From Macrostomum lignano (Eukaryota): DNA of 64,000 nucleotides. This document shows positions 1 through 12,668 of the stretch, piece after piece. The first letter of the stretch is position 1. Every line of letters begins with the position of its first letter. The notes under the pieces were generated by a model. The model did no database searches. It was given only the letters and a program-made list of their open reading frames with translations, and was not told the DNA's origin. Location: contig NIVC01002803.1 in assembly GCA_002269645.1 (NCBI GenBank), positions 1-64,000 on the forward strand. Reading direction: 5' to 3'. The position numbers and the translations under genes were made by a program.

Positions 1-131
1 CTAAAGTTATATAGCCAGCGGTGTACACTGGGCAGCCAATCAACGCACAGCGACCATGCACATGGCGCCGACCTCCCCGCGGTTGGGGGTGGCTGCTGGA
101 GCGCATACGCGCGTGTGGCGTGACCACCACA
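1..131 (-). repeat. 3' LTR (partial)
   Basis: Aligns to 4043-4178 with roughly 8-9 substitutions/indels; preceded on the minus strand by the polypurine tract GGGGGGAGCCA (132-142). Confidence 0.9.
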
Positions 132-142
132 TGGCTCCCCCC

Positions 143-3100
143 AGCGCTGGCCTGGACCGAAACCGCGTCGGGCGGCACCGGCGAGGCGGAAGCTGGCGGC
201 GACCAGACGCTGGAGGCGCGGGTCGCTTGCACTGGTGGGAGGCGCGTCGGTGGGAGCCCCGGCGGCGCTTGCGGGTGCGCAGCTGCAAACGGAGGGTCTC
301 CACCACGTGGCAGTTGTGGCCGGCCGTCCAGGCGGGGGCGGCCTTGTGGCCGCAGAGCCGGAGCCGGAATCGCCTCGCCGAGATCGAGCGCCGCAGGCTT
401 GAGTCTGTCCACTGCCACGTGATCCTGCCGCGTGCCCAGGTCGAGGCGGAAGGTCTTGTCTCCGCGCTCAAGGACCTTGAAGGGCCGAAGTACGGCCGCT
501 GCAGAGATGGCCGGTGGCCGTCGCGGCGGATGAAGACGTGCGTGCAGGACTCCAGGGCAGCAGGCACGGAGGCAGCGACGCGGCCATGACGCGAGGTTGG
601 ATCGGGCGGCCGGAACGATTGTACCGCGCTGCGTAGCCGGGCCAGGAACTGGTCGTAAGAGCCCTCGGGTGGCGCGGCCTGCAGGCATTCTCCCGGTACC
701 GTCAGCGGGGCGCCGTAGACCAGCTCGGCCGAGGAGGCGCCGATGTCCTCCTTGGGAGCCGTGCGGATGCCCAGCAACGCCCAGGGCAGCTCGTCGCGTC
801 CAAGTCGGTCCGGTCAGGCGCGCCATCAGGGAAGCGTTCCACCAGGCCGTTAGCCTGTGGGTGAAAAGCGCGTGGTGTGGTGCAGCCGCGGTCGGACGTG
901 ACGTCACTGGGCACGCCGAAGCGGGCGATCCAACCGGCGATGAAAGCGGACGCGTAGGAGGCAGCGGAAGTGTCGGCCAAGGGGAAAGCCTCCGGCCAGC
1001 GGGAGAACCTGTCGACGACGGTCAGCAGGTGCGTGAAGCGCGGGACTGCGGCAGCGGTCCGACAAGGTCGATGTGGACGTGCGCGAAACGGCTGCTGGGC
1101 ACCGGATGCTGGCGGGCGGGGCGGTCACGTGGCGCTGCACCTTAGCCGTCTGGCAGGCGATGCAGCTGCGAGCCCATTGGCCGACGTCCCTGTTGATTCC
1201 CGGCCACACGAACTTCTCGGACACTAGGCGCCGCGTACTGCGTACGGACGGGTGCGCCAGGCCGTGGACTGCGTCGAAAACGGCGCGGCGGAAGTCGGTG
1301 GGCACCAGCGGGCGCGGGCGGCCGGTCACGGTGTCGCAGATGACCTCCAGGCCGGGACGCAACGTCACGCGCTCGAGCCGCAGGCCGGTGCCGGCGAGCG
1401 CGGGATCGTCTGCTCGCTGCGCGCGTGCCAGGGCCGCGTAGTCGATGCCGGGGAGCAGCGGCTGCACAGAGGCGATGGTGCAGTGGGACAGGGCGTCGGC
1501 CACCGGATTGTCCTTGCCCGCCACGTGCCGGATGTCGGTGGTGAACTCCGACACGTATGCGAGGTGCCGCTGCTGGCGCGCTGACCAGGGATCCGACAAC
1601 TTGGCCATGGCCGCGACCAGGGGTTTGTGGTCGGTGTAGGCGGTGAAGATGCGGCCTTCCAAAAAGTAGCGGAAATGCCGCGTGGCCAGATAGAGAGCGA
1701 GTAACTCCCGGTCGAACGCGCTGTACTTTTGTTCAGCCGGTCGCAGTTGGCGGCTGAAGAAGGCGAGTGGCCGCCAGGCCTCGCCGAAACGCTGCTCCAG
1801 AACCGCCTCGATGGCGGTGTCCGAGGCGTCGACCGTCAGCGCCGTTAGGGCGTCGGGCTCCGGGTGCGCAAGCATGGTCGCGTCAACCAGGGCCTGCTTC
1901 GTGCTGTTGAAGGCGTCCGTCAGCTCCGGTGTCCACTGAACGATCTTGTCCTTGCTGGCCAGGGCACCGTAGATGGGGCGCAGCAACTGGGCGGCCCGCG
2001 GCACGAACCGGTGATAGAAGTTCACCATGCCGGCAAACTCTTGCAGGCCCTTGACGGTCGCGGGCGGAGCGAATCGGGCGATGGCTTCGACTTTGTCTGG
2101 CAGCGGCATCGCGCCCCGGCTGTCGATGCGGTGGCCTAGAAAGTCGATTTCGCTGCGGCCAAACTGGCACTTGGCTGGATTGATGAGGAGGCCGTTGTCT
2201 GCCAGGCGCTGAAACAGCGTGCGCAGGTGCTCCAGATGCTGCTGAGGGCCGCTGCTCGCCACTAGGAAGTCGTCGATATAGGCGAACACGAAGTCCAAGC
2301 CCTGGCAGACCGTGTCAATCAGCCGTTGGAAGGCCTGGGCGGCGTTTTTGAGTCCGAATGGCATCCGGAGAAACTCGAACAGGCCGAATGGCGTGATGAC
2401 GGTCGTCTTGGCGATGTCGGCCTCGGCAACCGGGATCTGGTGGTAGCCCCGCACCAGGTCGATCTTGGAGAAAATGTTGCACCCGGACAGCCGCGCAGAA
2501 AAGTCCTGAATGTGTGGCACCGGGTAGCGGTCGGGCACCGTGGCGTCGTTGAGCCGCCGGAAATCGCCGCAGGGCCGCCAACCCCCGGAGGCCTTTGGCA
2601 CCATGTGCAGCGGCGACGACCAGGGCTGCAGGACCGCCGCACGATGCCCAGCTGCTCCAGGTTGCCGAGTTCCTCCTTGGCCACCGCCAGCTTGTCAGGC
2701 GGCAGGCGGCGCGCCCGGGCGTGGACAGGGGGGCCCGTCGTAGAAACATGATGTTGGACCCCGTGGAGCGGCCGGGCTTTCTGGAAACTCGGCTCCGTCA
2801 GCGTCGGGAACTCCGCGAGCAGCTGGCTGTACGGGTCCCCAGCGACGGCGGCGGCGAGCTGAGGTGCCAGGCCGGACCCGAGCAGCAGGTGGGAGCTGGA
2901 CAGCGAGCTAGTGTCGAGCAGACGGCGGTTTGGCATGTCCACCAGTAGGCCGAGGTGCCGCAGGAAGTCCGCGCCGATCAACGGCCGTGACAACTCGGCC
3001 AGGATGAACGGCCAGGTGCAGGCCTTGACGCCGAGGTCGAGCGTCAGCGTCCGGCTGCCGAACGTCCGGATCGGGCTGCCGTTGGCCGCGAAAAGCGGCG

Positions 3101-3266
3101 GGCCGGGTGTGTGCGAGCGGGCGTCTACCCCCGAGACAGGAAAAATGCTCACCTCAGCGCCGGTGTCGACCAAGAAGCGCCGGCCCGTGGCCACGTCGGG
3201 GATGAGCAGGAGGTTGTTGCTGCCGGCCGTCGAGGCGTTCACTGACGGCCGGCCGGCCCGTTTCCC
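143..3266 (-). pseudogene. pol: Gypsy pol (protease, RT, RNase H, integrase), frameshifted, with integrase-core deletions
   Basis: ORFs 2319-3377 (RFLVDTGAEVS), 904-2604 ([29 protein letters not shown]), 702-980 ([24 protein letters not shown]), 40-777 (ELVYG, PYFGP); frameshift near 2620. Confidence 0.92.
3222..3266 (-). promoter_or_regulatory. -1 programmed ribosomal frameshift signal (gag to pol)
   Basis: G GGA AAC in gag frame (3260-3266), 6-nt spacer, perfect 10-bp stem GCCGGCCGTC/GACGGCCGGC with a 12-nt loop; pol is in the -1 frame. Confidence 0.8.
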
Positions 3267-3931
3267 GAGAACTGGCAGGGCGGCTCGCAACGCCGGGCCT
3301 TGGCGCCGAACTTCCGGTGGAAGAAACAGATGAGGCCGTCGGCCTCCCTCGGCTGGTGCTGCTTCGGCTTGGCGCAAGCCGGGCGGGCGGTGGCAGCAAC
3401 TACCGGCGGGTGCTCTGGCGGCAGGGTGGCGGTGGCCGCGGGCTGTGCCCTGCTCGCCCAGAGTTCATCCGCGAGTCAAGCAACTGCGCGCGGGTCAGCG
3501 AAATCCACGGAGACGAGTGCCATGCAAATGTCGGCCGGCATCTGCTGGCGGAAAAGCTCCTCGAAGAGCATGCAGGGCCGATGGTTGCCGAGCAGGGCCA
3601 GCATCTCGTCCATGAGCTCGGACGGGCGGCGGTCACCGAGGCCGGCCAGGTTGAGCAGCCGGCTGGCACGCTGTTGCTGTGTCAGGCCGAATGTGCCGAG
3701 GAGGCGGGCCTTGAGAGTATAGTACTTATTCTCAGCCGGCGGTGTCTCAAGCACGTCCAGCAGGCGCTCGGCTGACTGCTGGTCCAGCGCGGCTACGAGG
3801 TGAAAGTATTTGGTAGCATCTTGCGTGATGTTGCGGAGGACGAATTGCGCCTCTGCCTGGATGAACCAGGCGCGAGGCTGGCTGGCCCAGAACGTGGGCA
3901 GCTTGAGGGCTACCGCAGACTCAGTTGACAT
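3239..3931 (-). pseudogene. gag: Gypsy gag with an in-frame premature TGA at 3476-3478
   Basis: ORF 3476-3931 continues in the same frame after TGA (probably CGA>TGA) as LADELW...CFFHRKFGAKARRCEPPC (C-x2-H-x9-C-x3-C) to a stop at 3239. Confidence 0.85.
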
Positions 3932-3964
3932 ACTGAGGAGTTATTCTCAAACAGGCGGTTGAGA

Positions 3965-3977
3965 GTCGGGCTGACCA
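3965..3977 (-). promoter_or_regulatory. Primer binding site, tRNA-Trp-like
   Basis: TGGTCAGCCCGAC 1 nt inside the 5' LTR; 2 mismatches to the tRNA-Trp PBS TGGTGACCCCGAC typical of CsRN1-type elements (recalled). Confidence 0.7.
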
Positions 3978-3978
3978 A

Positions 3979-4178
3979 TGTGGCGAGTTAAGCCACGTAA
4001 ATTTATTTGAAGTAGCAGGGTGGAGGCGCGCGAGACAAAAGTCTAAAGTTATATAGGCCAGCGGTGTACGCTGGGCAGCCAATCAACGCACAGCGACCGT
4101 GCACATAGCGCCGGCCTCCCCGGCCGGGGTTGGGGGTGGCTGCTGGAGCGCATACGCGCGTGTGGCGTCACCGCCACA
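3979..4178 (-). repeat. 5' LTR (200 bp)
   Basis: TGTGGCG...CGCCACA 7-bp inverted termini; on the minus strand contains ATTGG, TATATAA and AATAAA; matches 1-131. Confidence 0.93.
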
Positions 4179-4846
4179 GTTGCCTAATTTTATTTTAAAC
4201 CATAATGACGTAAATACAGCAAAAATAATTGCTGTATTATATATAGAATACATACCATATTTTTTGCATTTTAAACCTTAATTTTCCTGATTTTTTTGTG
4301 GCTTGTTTTTCGTTATTTAAAACAATGTTAAATTTGTAAATGTGGAGTTAGCAACGCTTTTTAGAAAATAAAAGTAACATGGAATCACCTTACAAAAAGC
4401 TTGTGTTGATAAAAATAAAAACGTATTTTGCTAGGCCTAACAAATACCTACTTAAACAATGCATTAATTTAAAACATTAAAAAACTTGTATCTGAAATTT
4501 ATATTTAATTGTAAATGAATGCACACTGCACGTATCTTACGTTACTACGTAGCACAAGTGGTATTTACTTGCTTAGTGCACTTAATGCAAACTAAGTTGC
4601 ATTTTCAGTAAAAACAAAGTTGTCCCGCAGTTTTAATTTCAGACAGGGAGTAAAGTATATTATATATCTATCTAAATATTTTTGCTTACACTTACAGGCT
4701 ATGCCGATATCCACAGTTGTGCGGTCACTGGTCAGATCGTTATAGGGCCTATTCCATTTCGTCATATCGGATGACGAAGTGACCAGAAGCAAAGTAGCTT
4801 GAAAAATAATATGACGAAGTGACCAAATATTTAGTTATGTTGGATA

Positions 4847-5156
4847 CTGGGTTTTTTTCGCCAGAGACAAGGTGCTAAATCGCACCTTGTGCCAAATTTC
4901 AAGGTGCAATTTTAAGGCTCAGAGTGCAACTTCTCTTGAGTCTTGTTTCAGACAACTGGGAATGTATATTTTAATATCTTACATAAGGCTATACTATAGC
5001 CATAGGCTATATTGCCTATATGACTTAATTGGATTTTAAGAGTTATTTTGTTTCATATTTAAGGCAGTGCCGCACCTACTTTTTAATTTCAGGCCATTCA
5101 GGGTGCGATTTTAAAATTTAGGGTGCATACACACACTCTGCGCACAAAAAACCCTG
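4847..5156. mobile_element. hAT-like MITE (310 bp)
   Basis: Imperfect TIRs CTGGGTTTTTT / AAAAAACCCTG flanked by an exact 8-bp duplication GTTGGATA (4839-4846, 5157-5164). Confidence 0.75.
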
Positions 5157-8100
5157 GTTGGATACTTCGTCATCAACCAATCATCTTTGTGGGAGTTAAG
5201 TTAGTGTAAACAGTTTTTTTGTTTAATAATAATTATAAGCTGCGGCAAGCAGAACTGATCGATTGATAGGTTTTATCAATTGAGATGACAAAATGACTGG
5301 GATCATAAGGGTTCAAAGTAAATATGTTTGATTGCCACATTAATTCACTTGAAGTTGAAACTAATATTAATAATATGATTTATGGATGATGAAATGACTC
5401 TCTTCAGGTAGTGCATGCTAATTAAGATGGGTGCAGCCCATTTCGGCAAAGGAACTTTTGGCGAAAGACATTTTGGTGAAGATGAATTTTTCGTCTACAT
5501 AGATGCACATTTTGGTGAAAGAAATTAACCATCTTGGCAAAAAGATACTTATACATGTTGTGTACCTTTATAGCTACACAAATTTTGGCTTGCAACTGCT
5601 GAATGCAGGCGATAGAAATGTTCAATATAGAAATTAATTCCACTGGCAAAGACAATGAGGCCAATTCAAGATGCCTCAATGCCTTTGATTTGTGTTTCAC
5701 AACAGACAGCCAACATATTTCCTTGTCAACAACCTTCCATCCATTGCTTTCAAGCCACACCTTACCCGCTTTTGTAGCCTTGCACTGCTTTAAAAAATCC
5801 TGATGGCAATCAGCTTCCATACTTTGAGTGTGAAAGATGGCTAGCCTATACCATTACTGTATGCAAGTGCATTACTATCTTCAGTCAGGTATTGAAATAA
5901 AGTACCTTTCACAATTTGAATTTTGCTATTAGCAAATTTTATGCCAAGGATACTAGCAGCACCACGGACACAGGCAGCAGATAGACAGTTCAATGCTGAC
6001 AACAATATCTTTAGGAATGAAATCCAGCAATGGCCTATTGGGCAAAAATTTGTAATACAGATCCCCGATAAAAGCCTGGAAAAATTAAAAACATAGCATA
6101 AGCATATAGTTCATGTTATTCATGGACCATAGATGCTTAGTCTACAAGTAGAAGGTTAATAATAGGCTCTACTTTCAGCACAAAAATGAAAACAATAATG
6201 CCTTGAACAATAATTTTCTGTTCTTCATGGACCCTAAATGTTTAAGGGTAGTAGTATAATAACTAAGTATTCTACCTTCAGCACAAAAATATAGACAATA
6301 ATAAACGGAACATGAAGAAACAAGAATTTAGGTAGGAACAGGTACAAGAAATATAGGTACAAGTACAGGTACAGGTATAAGTACAAGAAATAGGTAGATA
6401 TAACCCTACTAAACAATACAGGTAGGACATAGGCAGGCTGCATACAGGAAGCAAGCAATCTTAATACAGTTGGCTCAATGTCAAAGTCAATGTCTTAATA
6501 GCCATAATTCACATTTCTAATAATAAGTCCATTTTGAAAAGATGATTTTCTCTTGAAAAAGCACCTATAGGAATGTGTAAAAATCTTCAATCTTTTTTAT
6601 TAACTGATCTAGATTAAATTTTGATTAGAAGAACAGGTATATAAATTTTGTTTGCCTGTTTAACTGGTTACAGCAAAATATTATTATGTAGTTGTTATAT
6701 TAAGTGATCAAGCTGTGGCCCAGCCCAGGCTGCAGCTGGCCAGGCCAGGCCACAAAATACCAACATCCGTTGGAGAAGTGTAGTCGCCTAAATGCACCCT
6801 AACTTTGTGATACACGTACAATGACAATGGATATATTTAACTTTATTTTAAATGTCTTGGCCCAAATGACTTTTAATTTTAGTAATCAATTTTAATTGCT
6901 CAATTTGTTCATTTTAATTGTTTTTTATTTATAGATACCAATTTTTAAATTTGTTACAATTACTCTGCATATAATGCATAATTGCTTGCCTTTTGCCAAT
7001 AATAAAAATAACCCTTTGCCAAAGTGGATCAATTTTAGATGAAATGGTCACTGCAAGTCTTTTTTGTCATTATTGACTTTCACCAAAAATTCCTTTGCCA
7101 AAGTAGGTTGAATCCATTAAGATGACAAAGTGTCGAAGTGACCATAGTTGAGGTGAGCACCCCAGACACCCAGATGATGAAATGGCAGATGATGAAATGA
7201 CTGGGGTATTTCAACTGGGGTACTGGTCATTTTGGTGACAAGTTGTTTTGGTTTAGGTTCATATCCATTAAGATTTTCAAGGTAGGCCTTAATTTTCTAT
7301 TAAAAAATGGCTATATCACCAAAATGTATTTTTCTTGTCACTGAAATGACTTTTGTTTGTCACCGAAACATCTTGTCACCAAAATGACTGTAGGCCTAAT
7401 AGACTAATATATTCTAATAGTCTAATAGACTAGGCCATTGGGAGGAATAACTCAAGAGGCTAGGACTAGGCCATTGGGAGGAATAACTCTACTCAAGAGG
7501 TTCCTGGACACTTCATCATCTTACCAGTTTGTCATCTGTAAGGCACCCTCGCTCTAGCAGTATTTCCTATAAAATAAAAATAATATCAATCCTAATGTTG
7601 TGTCACAGGCCACTAAGCTACATTGGGTGGTACTCTACAAACTCACAGCAAATGCCCTGCAAGATGTTTTGCTAGTTAACAATTGTCTTTTTGGATTCTT
7701 GTGGACTGTGCAATTTTTCAATTCGTAGAAATAATGTTGGTGCAGCTGGTTTTCCAGCCATTGTTTTCCAAAGTAACAAATTCAAGTTGTATTTGCAGCT
7801 TGTCAACTAGAGACTCAATACCCAAGGGGAAACTGTTATCATATTTGACAGACTTTTACCTAGTCCTACAAACATATTTTGTTTTTCTACCATGTCATTA
7901 GCTTGTCATGATAAAAGTTGACACAACTTGGCAACAAAATCAAATCAATTTTTTTTGCAAAGTTATCGTAAGTTAGTTTTCACCCACCTTTTTTATTTTA
8001 TGTAGATACTTTTGTGCCTAATGTGTTAAGAGTTGAGTCTAGACAAGATCAATAATTTTTTGATTAGAATATCATTCTATCTCTAGTCATAAGACTATAA

Positions 8101-8267
8101 ATTAAAAAAGCAAATTGAAATTTTGTCACCTCGTTTCCTAGTAAAATCTGTTGAATGTCTGCTGAAGATAAAACTATTCAGGATTAGGCCTCTTGTACTT
8201 GTTAAAAAAAAGAGTTTAAATTTAAATGACCCACTGATTTTAATGATTTTTTTGCCCTCTTTATGCC

Positions 8268-8978
8268 ATGGAGACCGACACAGCCCCAGCAGCAGCAGCA
8301 GCCCCAGCCCCAGCTCCAGCAGCTGGCGGCGGTCTGAAGCGTAAGCGACAGCAGCAGCAGCAGGCAGATGCCGCGGCCGCCGATATTGAAATGCTGCCGC
8401 CATTGGCTAAGCGGTCTCGCCCGTTTGTTGAGAAGCGCAGCATTGTGATCCCGCCTAATCGGCGAACTCCTCTGCGTCAGCAATGGCCGGAGCTGTGCCG
8501 CATACTGGTTGAGCAGCTCAACCTGCAGTGCCGCTGCATCACACGCCGTCCAGTCTGGGCTGTTGAGCTGCGCAATTCGCCCCTGACCAAAGACGACGGC
8601 CACCTGCAGAAAGGCGCCGATTTGGTTGACGCTTTCGTTAAAGGCTTCCAGATTGGCGACGCGCTGGCGCTGGTCAGGCTGGACGATCTCTACATCGACA
8701 CGTTCACCGTGGCGGACGTGAAGCCCTCGCTGAAAGGCGATCACGTGTCCCGCGCAATCGGCCGGGTGGCTGGCAAGAATGGCCGAACAAAATTCATGAT
8801 AGAGAATGCCACCAAGACTCGCATAGTGGTGGCCGATCACACTATTCACATACTGGGCGCCTACGACAATGTTCAAGCGGCCAAGCGTACAGTGTGCGAC
8901 CTCATTCTGGGCAGTCCGCCTAGCAAAGTGTATGGCAATATGCACGCCAGGGCTAGTAAAGCTGCCGCGAAATGGTAG
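8268..8978 (+). CDS. PNO1: RNA-binding protein PNO1/Dim2 (KH domain, 40S biogenesis), single exon, 236 aa
   Basis: Motifs LQKGADLVDAFVKGF, ALALVRLDDLYIDTF, LKGDHVSRAIGRVAGKNGRTKF.IENATKTRIV, LILGSPPSKVYG; AATAAA at 9058. Confidence 0.95.
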   Translation: METDTAPAAAAAPAPAPAAGGGLKRKRQQQQQADAAAADIEMLPPLAKRSRPFVEKRSIVIPPNRRTPLRQQWPELCRILVEQLNLQCRCITRRPVWAVELRNSPLTKDDGHLQKGADLVDAFVKGFQIGDALALVRLDDLYIDTFTVADVKPSLKGDHVSRAIGRVAGKNGRTKFMIENATKTRIVVADHTIHILGAYDNVQAAKRTVCDLILGSPPSKVYGNMHARASKAAAKW

Positions 8979-9184
8979 CTTTGAATTTTGTAACTCTCAA
9001 TGTACTTTAGTAACCTGATGACTGTGTTAGACTGTCAGCGGCGTTGTACGCGAATTCAATAAATCATACTGGATCAGTTTTATTAGAATTTTTGTTCTCC
9101 TGTGTGTGCTTAATTTAAATATTACTTTTCTGTATATCGTAGATTTTCCAATCTAAATAGCATCTTCATTTTAGACTCATAGGT

Positions 9185-12100
9185 TCAAACTGGCACCCTG
9201 ATTGCGGATCCCCCTAAACTCAAACCGGCATCCTGATTGCGGATCCCCCTAAACTGAAACTAGCATCCTGATTGCGGATCCCCCTAAACTGAAACTAGCA
9301 TCCTGATTGCGGATCCCCCTAAACTGAAACTAGCATCCTGATTGCGGATCCCCCTAAACTGAAACTAGCATCCTGATTGCGGATCCCCCTAAACTGAAAC
9401 TAGCATCCTGATTGCGGATCTCCCTAAACTGAAACTAGCATCCTGATTGCGGATCTCCCTAAACTGAAACTGGCATCCTGATTGCGGATCCCCCTAAACT
9501 GAAACTGGCATCCTGATTGCGGATCCCCCTAAACTGAAACTGGCATCCTGATTGCGGATCCCCCTAAACTGAAACTGGCATCCTGATTGCGGATCCCCCT
9601 AAAATCAAACTAGCATCCTGATTGCGGATCCCCCTAAACTGAAACTAGCATCCTGATTGCGGATCTCCCTAAACTCAAAATGGCATCCTGATTGCGGATC
9701 CCCCTAAACTCAAAATGGCATCCTGATTGCGGATCCCCCTAAACTGAAACTAGCATCCTGATTGCGGATCCCCCTAAACTGAAACTAGCATCCTGATTGC
9801 GGATCCCCCTAAACTGAAACTAGCATCCTGATTGCGGATCCCCCTAAACTGAAACTAGCATCCTGATTGCGGATCCCCCTAAACTGAAACTAGCATCCTG
9901 ATTGCGGATCCCCCTAAAATCAAACTAGCATCCTGATTGCGGATCTCCCTAAACTGAAACTAGCATCCTGATTGCGGATCCCCCTAAACTGAAACTGGCA
10001 TCCTGATTGCGGATCCCCCTAAACTGAAACTGGCATCCTGATTGCGGATCCCCCTAAAATCAAACTAGCATCCTGATTGCGGATCCCCCTAAACTCAAAA
10101 TGGCATCCTGATTGCGGATCCCCCTAAACTGAAACTAGCATCCTGATTGCGGATCCCCCTAAACTCAAAATGGCATCCTGATTGCGGATCCTCCTAATCT
10201 CAAAATGGCATCCTGATTGCGGATCCCCCTAAACTCAAAATGGCATCCTGATTGCGGATCCCCCTAAACTCAAACTAGCATCCTGATTGCGGATCTCCCT
10301 AAACTCAAAATCGCATCCTGATTGCGGATCCCCCTAAACTCAAACTGGCATCCAGATTGCGGATCCCCCTAAACTCAAAATGACATCCTGATTGCGGATT
10401 TTCCTTAACTCAAAATGAAATCCTGATTGTGGATCCCTCTCAACTCAAAATGACATCCTGATTGCGGATCCCCCTAAACTCAAAATGGCATCCTGATTGC
10501 GGATCCCTCTAAACTCAAAATGACATCCTGATTGCGGATCCCTCTAAACTCAAAATGACATCCTGATTGCGGATCCCTCTAAACTCAAAATGACATCCTG
10601 ATTGCCGATCCCTCTAAACTCAAACTGGCACCCTGATTGCGGATCCCTCTCAACTCAAAATGGCATCCTGATTGCGGATCCCTCTAAACTCAAACTGGCA
10701 CCCTGATTGCGGATCCCTCTCAACTCAAAATGACATCCTGATTGCGGATCCCCCTAAACTCAAAATCGCATCCTGATTGCGGGTCCCCCTAAACTCAAAA
10801 TCGCATCCTGATTGCGGACCCCCCTAAACTAAAAATCGCATCCTGATTGCGGATCCCCCCTAACTCAAAATGGTATCCTGATTGCGGATCCCCCTAAACT
10901 CAAACTGGCATCCAGATTGCGGATCCCCCTAAACTCAAAATGGCATCCTGATTGCGGATTTTCCTTAACTCAAAATGAAATCCTGATTGCGGATCCCCCT
11001 AAACTCAAACTGGCATCCTGATTGCGGATCCCCCTAAACTGAAACTAGCATCCTGATTGCGGATCCCCCTAAACTCAAACTAGCATCCTGATTGCGGATC
11101 TCCCTAAACTCAAAATGGCATCCTGATTGCGGATCCCTCTAAACTCAAAATGGCATCCTGATTGCGGATCCCCCTAAACTCAAAATGGCATCCTGATTGC
11201 GGATCCCCCTAAACTCAAACTAGCATCCTGATTGCGGATCCCCCTAAACTGAAACTGGCATCCTGATTGCGGATCCCCCTAAACTGAAACTGGCATCCTG
11301 ATTGCGGATCCCCCTAAAATCAAACTAGCATCCTGATTGCGGATCCCTCTAAACTGAAACTAGCATCCTGATTGCGGATCCCCCTAAACTCAAACTAGCA
11401 TCCTGATTGCGGATCCCCCTAAACTGAAACTGGCATCCTGATTGCGGATCCCCCTAAACTGAAACTGGCATCCTGATTGCGGATCCCCCTAAACTGAAAC
11501 TGGCATCCTGATTGCGGATCCCCCTAAACTGAAACTGGCATCCTGATTGCGGATCCCCCTAAAATCAAACTAGCATCCTGATTGCGGATCCCCCTAAACT
11601 GAAACTAGCATCCTGATTGCGGATCCCCCTAAACTCAAACTAGCATCCTGATTGCGGATCCCCCTAAACTCAAAATCGCATCCTGATTGCGGATCCCTCT
11701 AAACTCAAAATGGCATCCTGATTGCGGATCCCCCTAAACTCAAAATCGCATCCTGATTGCGGATCCCTCTAAACTCAAAATCGCATCCTGATTGCGGATC
11801 CCTCTAAACTCAAAATGGCATCCTGATTGCGGATCTCCCTAAACTCAAAATCGCATCCTGATTGCGGATCCCCCTAAACTCAAAATCGCATCCTGATTGC
11901 GGGTCCCCCTAAACTCAAAATCGCATCCTGATTGCGGACCCCCCTAAACTAAAAATCGCATCCTGATTGCGGATCCCCCCTAACTCAAAATGGTATCCTG
12001 ATTGCGGACCCCCCTAAACTAAAAATCGCATCCTGATTGCGGATCCCCTTAAACTCAAAATGACATCCTGATTGCGGATCCTCCTAAACTCAAACTGGCA

Positions 12101-12668
12101 TCCAGATTGCGGATCCCCCTAAACTCAAAATGGCATCCTGATTGCGGATCCCCCTAAACTCAAAATCGCATCCTGATTGCGGATCCCCCTAAACTCAAAA
12201 TCGCATCCTGATTGCGGGTCCCCCTAAACTCAAAATGGTATCCTGATTGCGGATCCCCCTAAACTCAAACTGGCATCCAGATTGCGGATCCCCCTAAACT
12301 CAAAATGGCATCCTGATTGCGGATCCCTCTAAACTCAAAATGGCATCCTGATTGCGGATTTTCTTTAACTCAAAATGAAATCCTGATTGCGGATCCCCCT
12401 AAACTCAAACTGGCATCCTGATTGCGGATCCCCCTAAACTGAAACTAGCATCCTGATTGCGGATCCCCCTAAACTCAAAATGGCATCCTGATTGCGGATC
12501 CCCCTAAACTCAAAATGACATCCTGATTGCGGATCCCCCTAAACTCAAAATGACATCCTGATTGCGGATCCCCCTAAACTCAAAATGGCATCCTGATTGC
12601 GGATTTTCCTTAACTCAAAATCGCATCCTGATTGCGGATTTTCCTTAACTCAAAATCGCATCCTGATT
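9185..12668. repeat. 35-bp satellite, about 100 copies
   Basis: Unit TCCTGATTGCGGATCCCCCTAAACT(G/C)AAA(C/A)T(A/G)GCA with a GGATCC (BamHI) site in most units. Confidence 0.97.

Larger units (their letters stand above)
1..4178 (-). mobile_element. Ty3/Gypsy LTR retrotransposon, CsRN1/Kabuki-like lineage, degenerate; 3' LTR truncated by window edge
   Basis: Two LTR copies (1-131, 3979-4178), PBS, PPT, gag with AVALKLPTFW..QP..WF..AEAQF and a CHCC motif, then domain order PR (LVDTGA)-RT (YIDD)-RNaseH-integrase. Confidence 0.96.

Noticed and set aside
21-3775. Numerous plus-strand ORFs over the retrotransposon
   Set aside because: GC-rich antisense shadows of gag-pol with no recognisable motifs.
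5422-5820. 132-aa minus-strand ORF, possible transposase fragment
   Set aside because: No recognisable catalytic or zinc-finger motif; AT-rich decayed-repeat context.
9185-12668. CRISPR-like regular about 35-bp repeats
   Set aside because: Head-to-tail units with no unique spacers, no cas genes, eukaryotic context.
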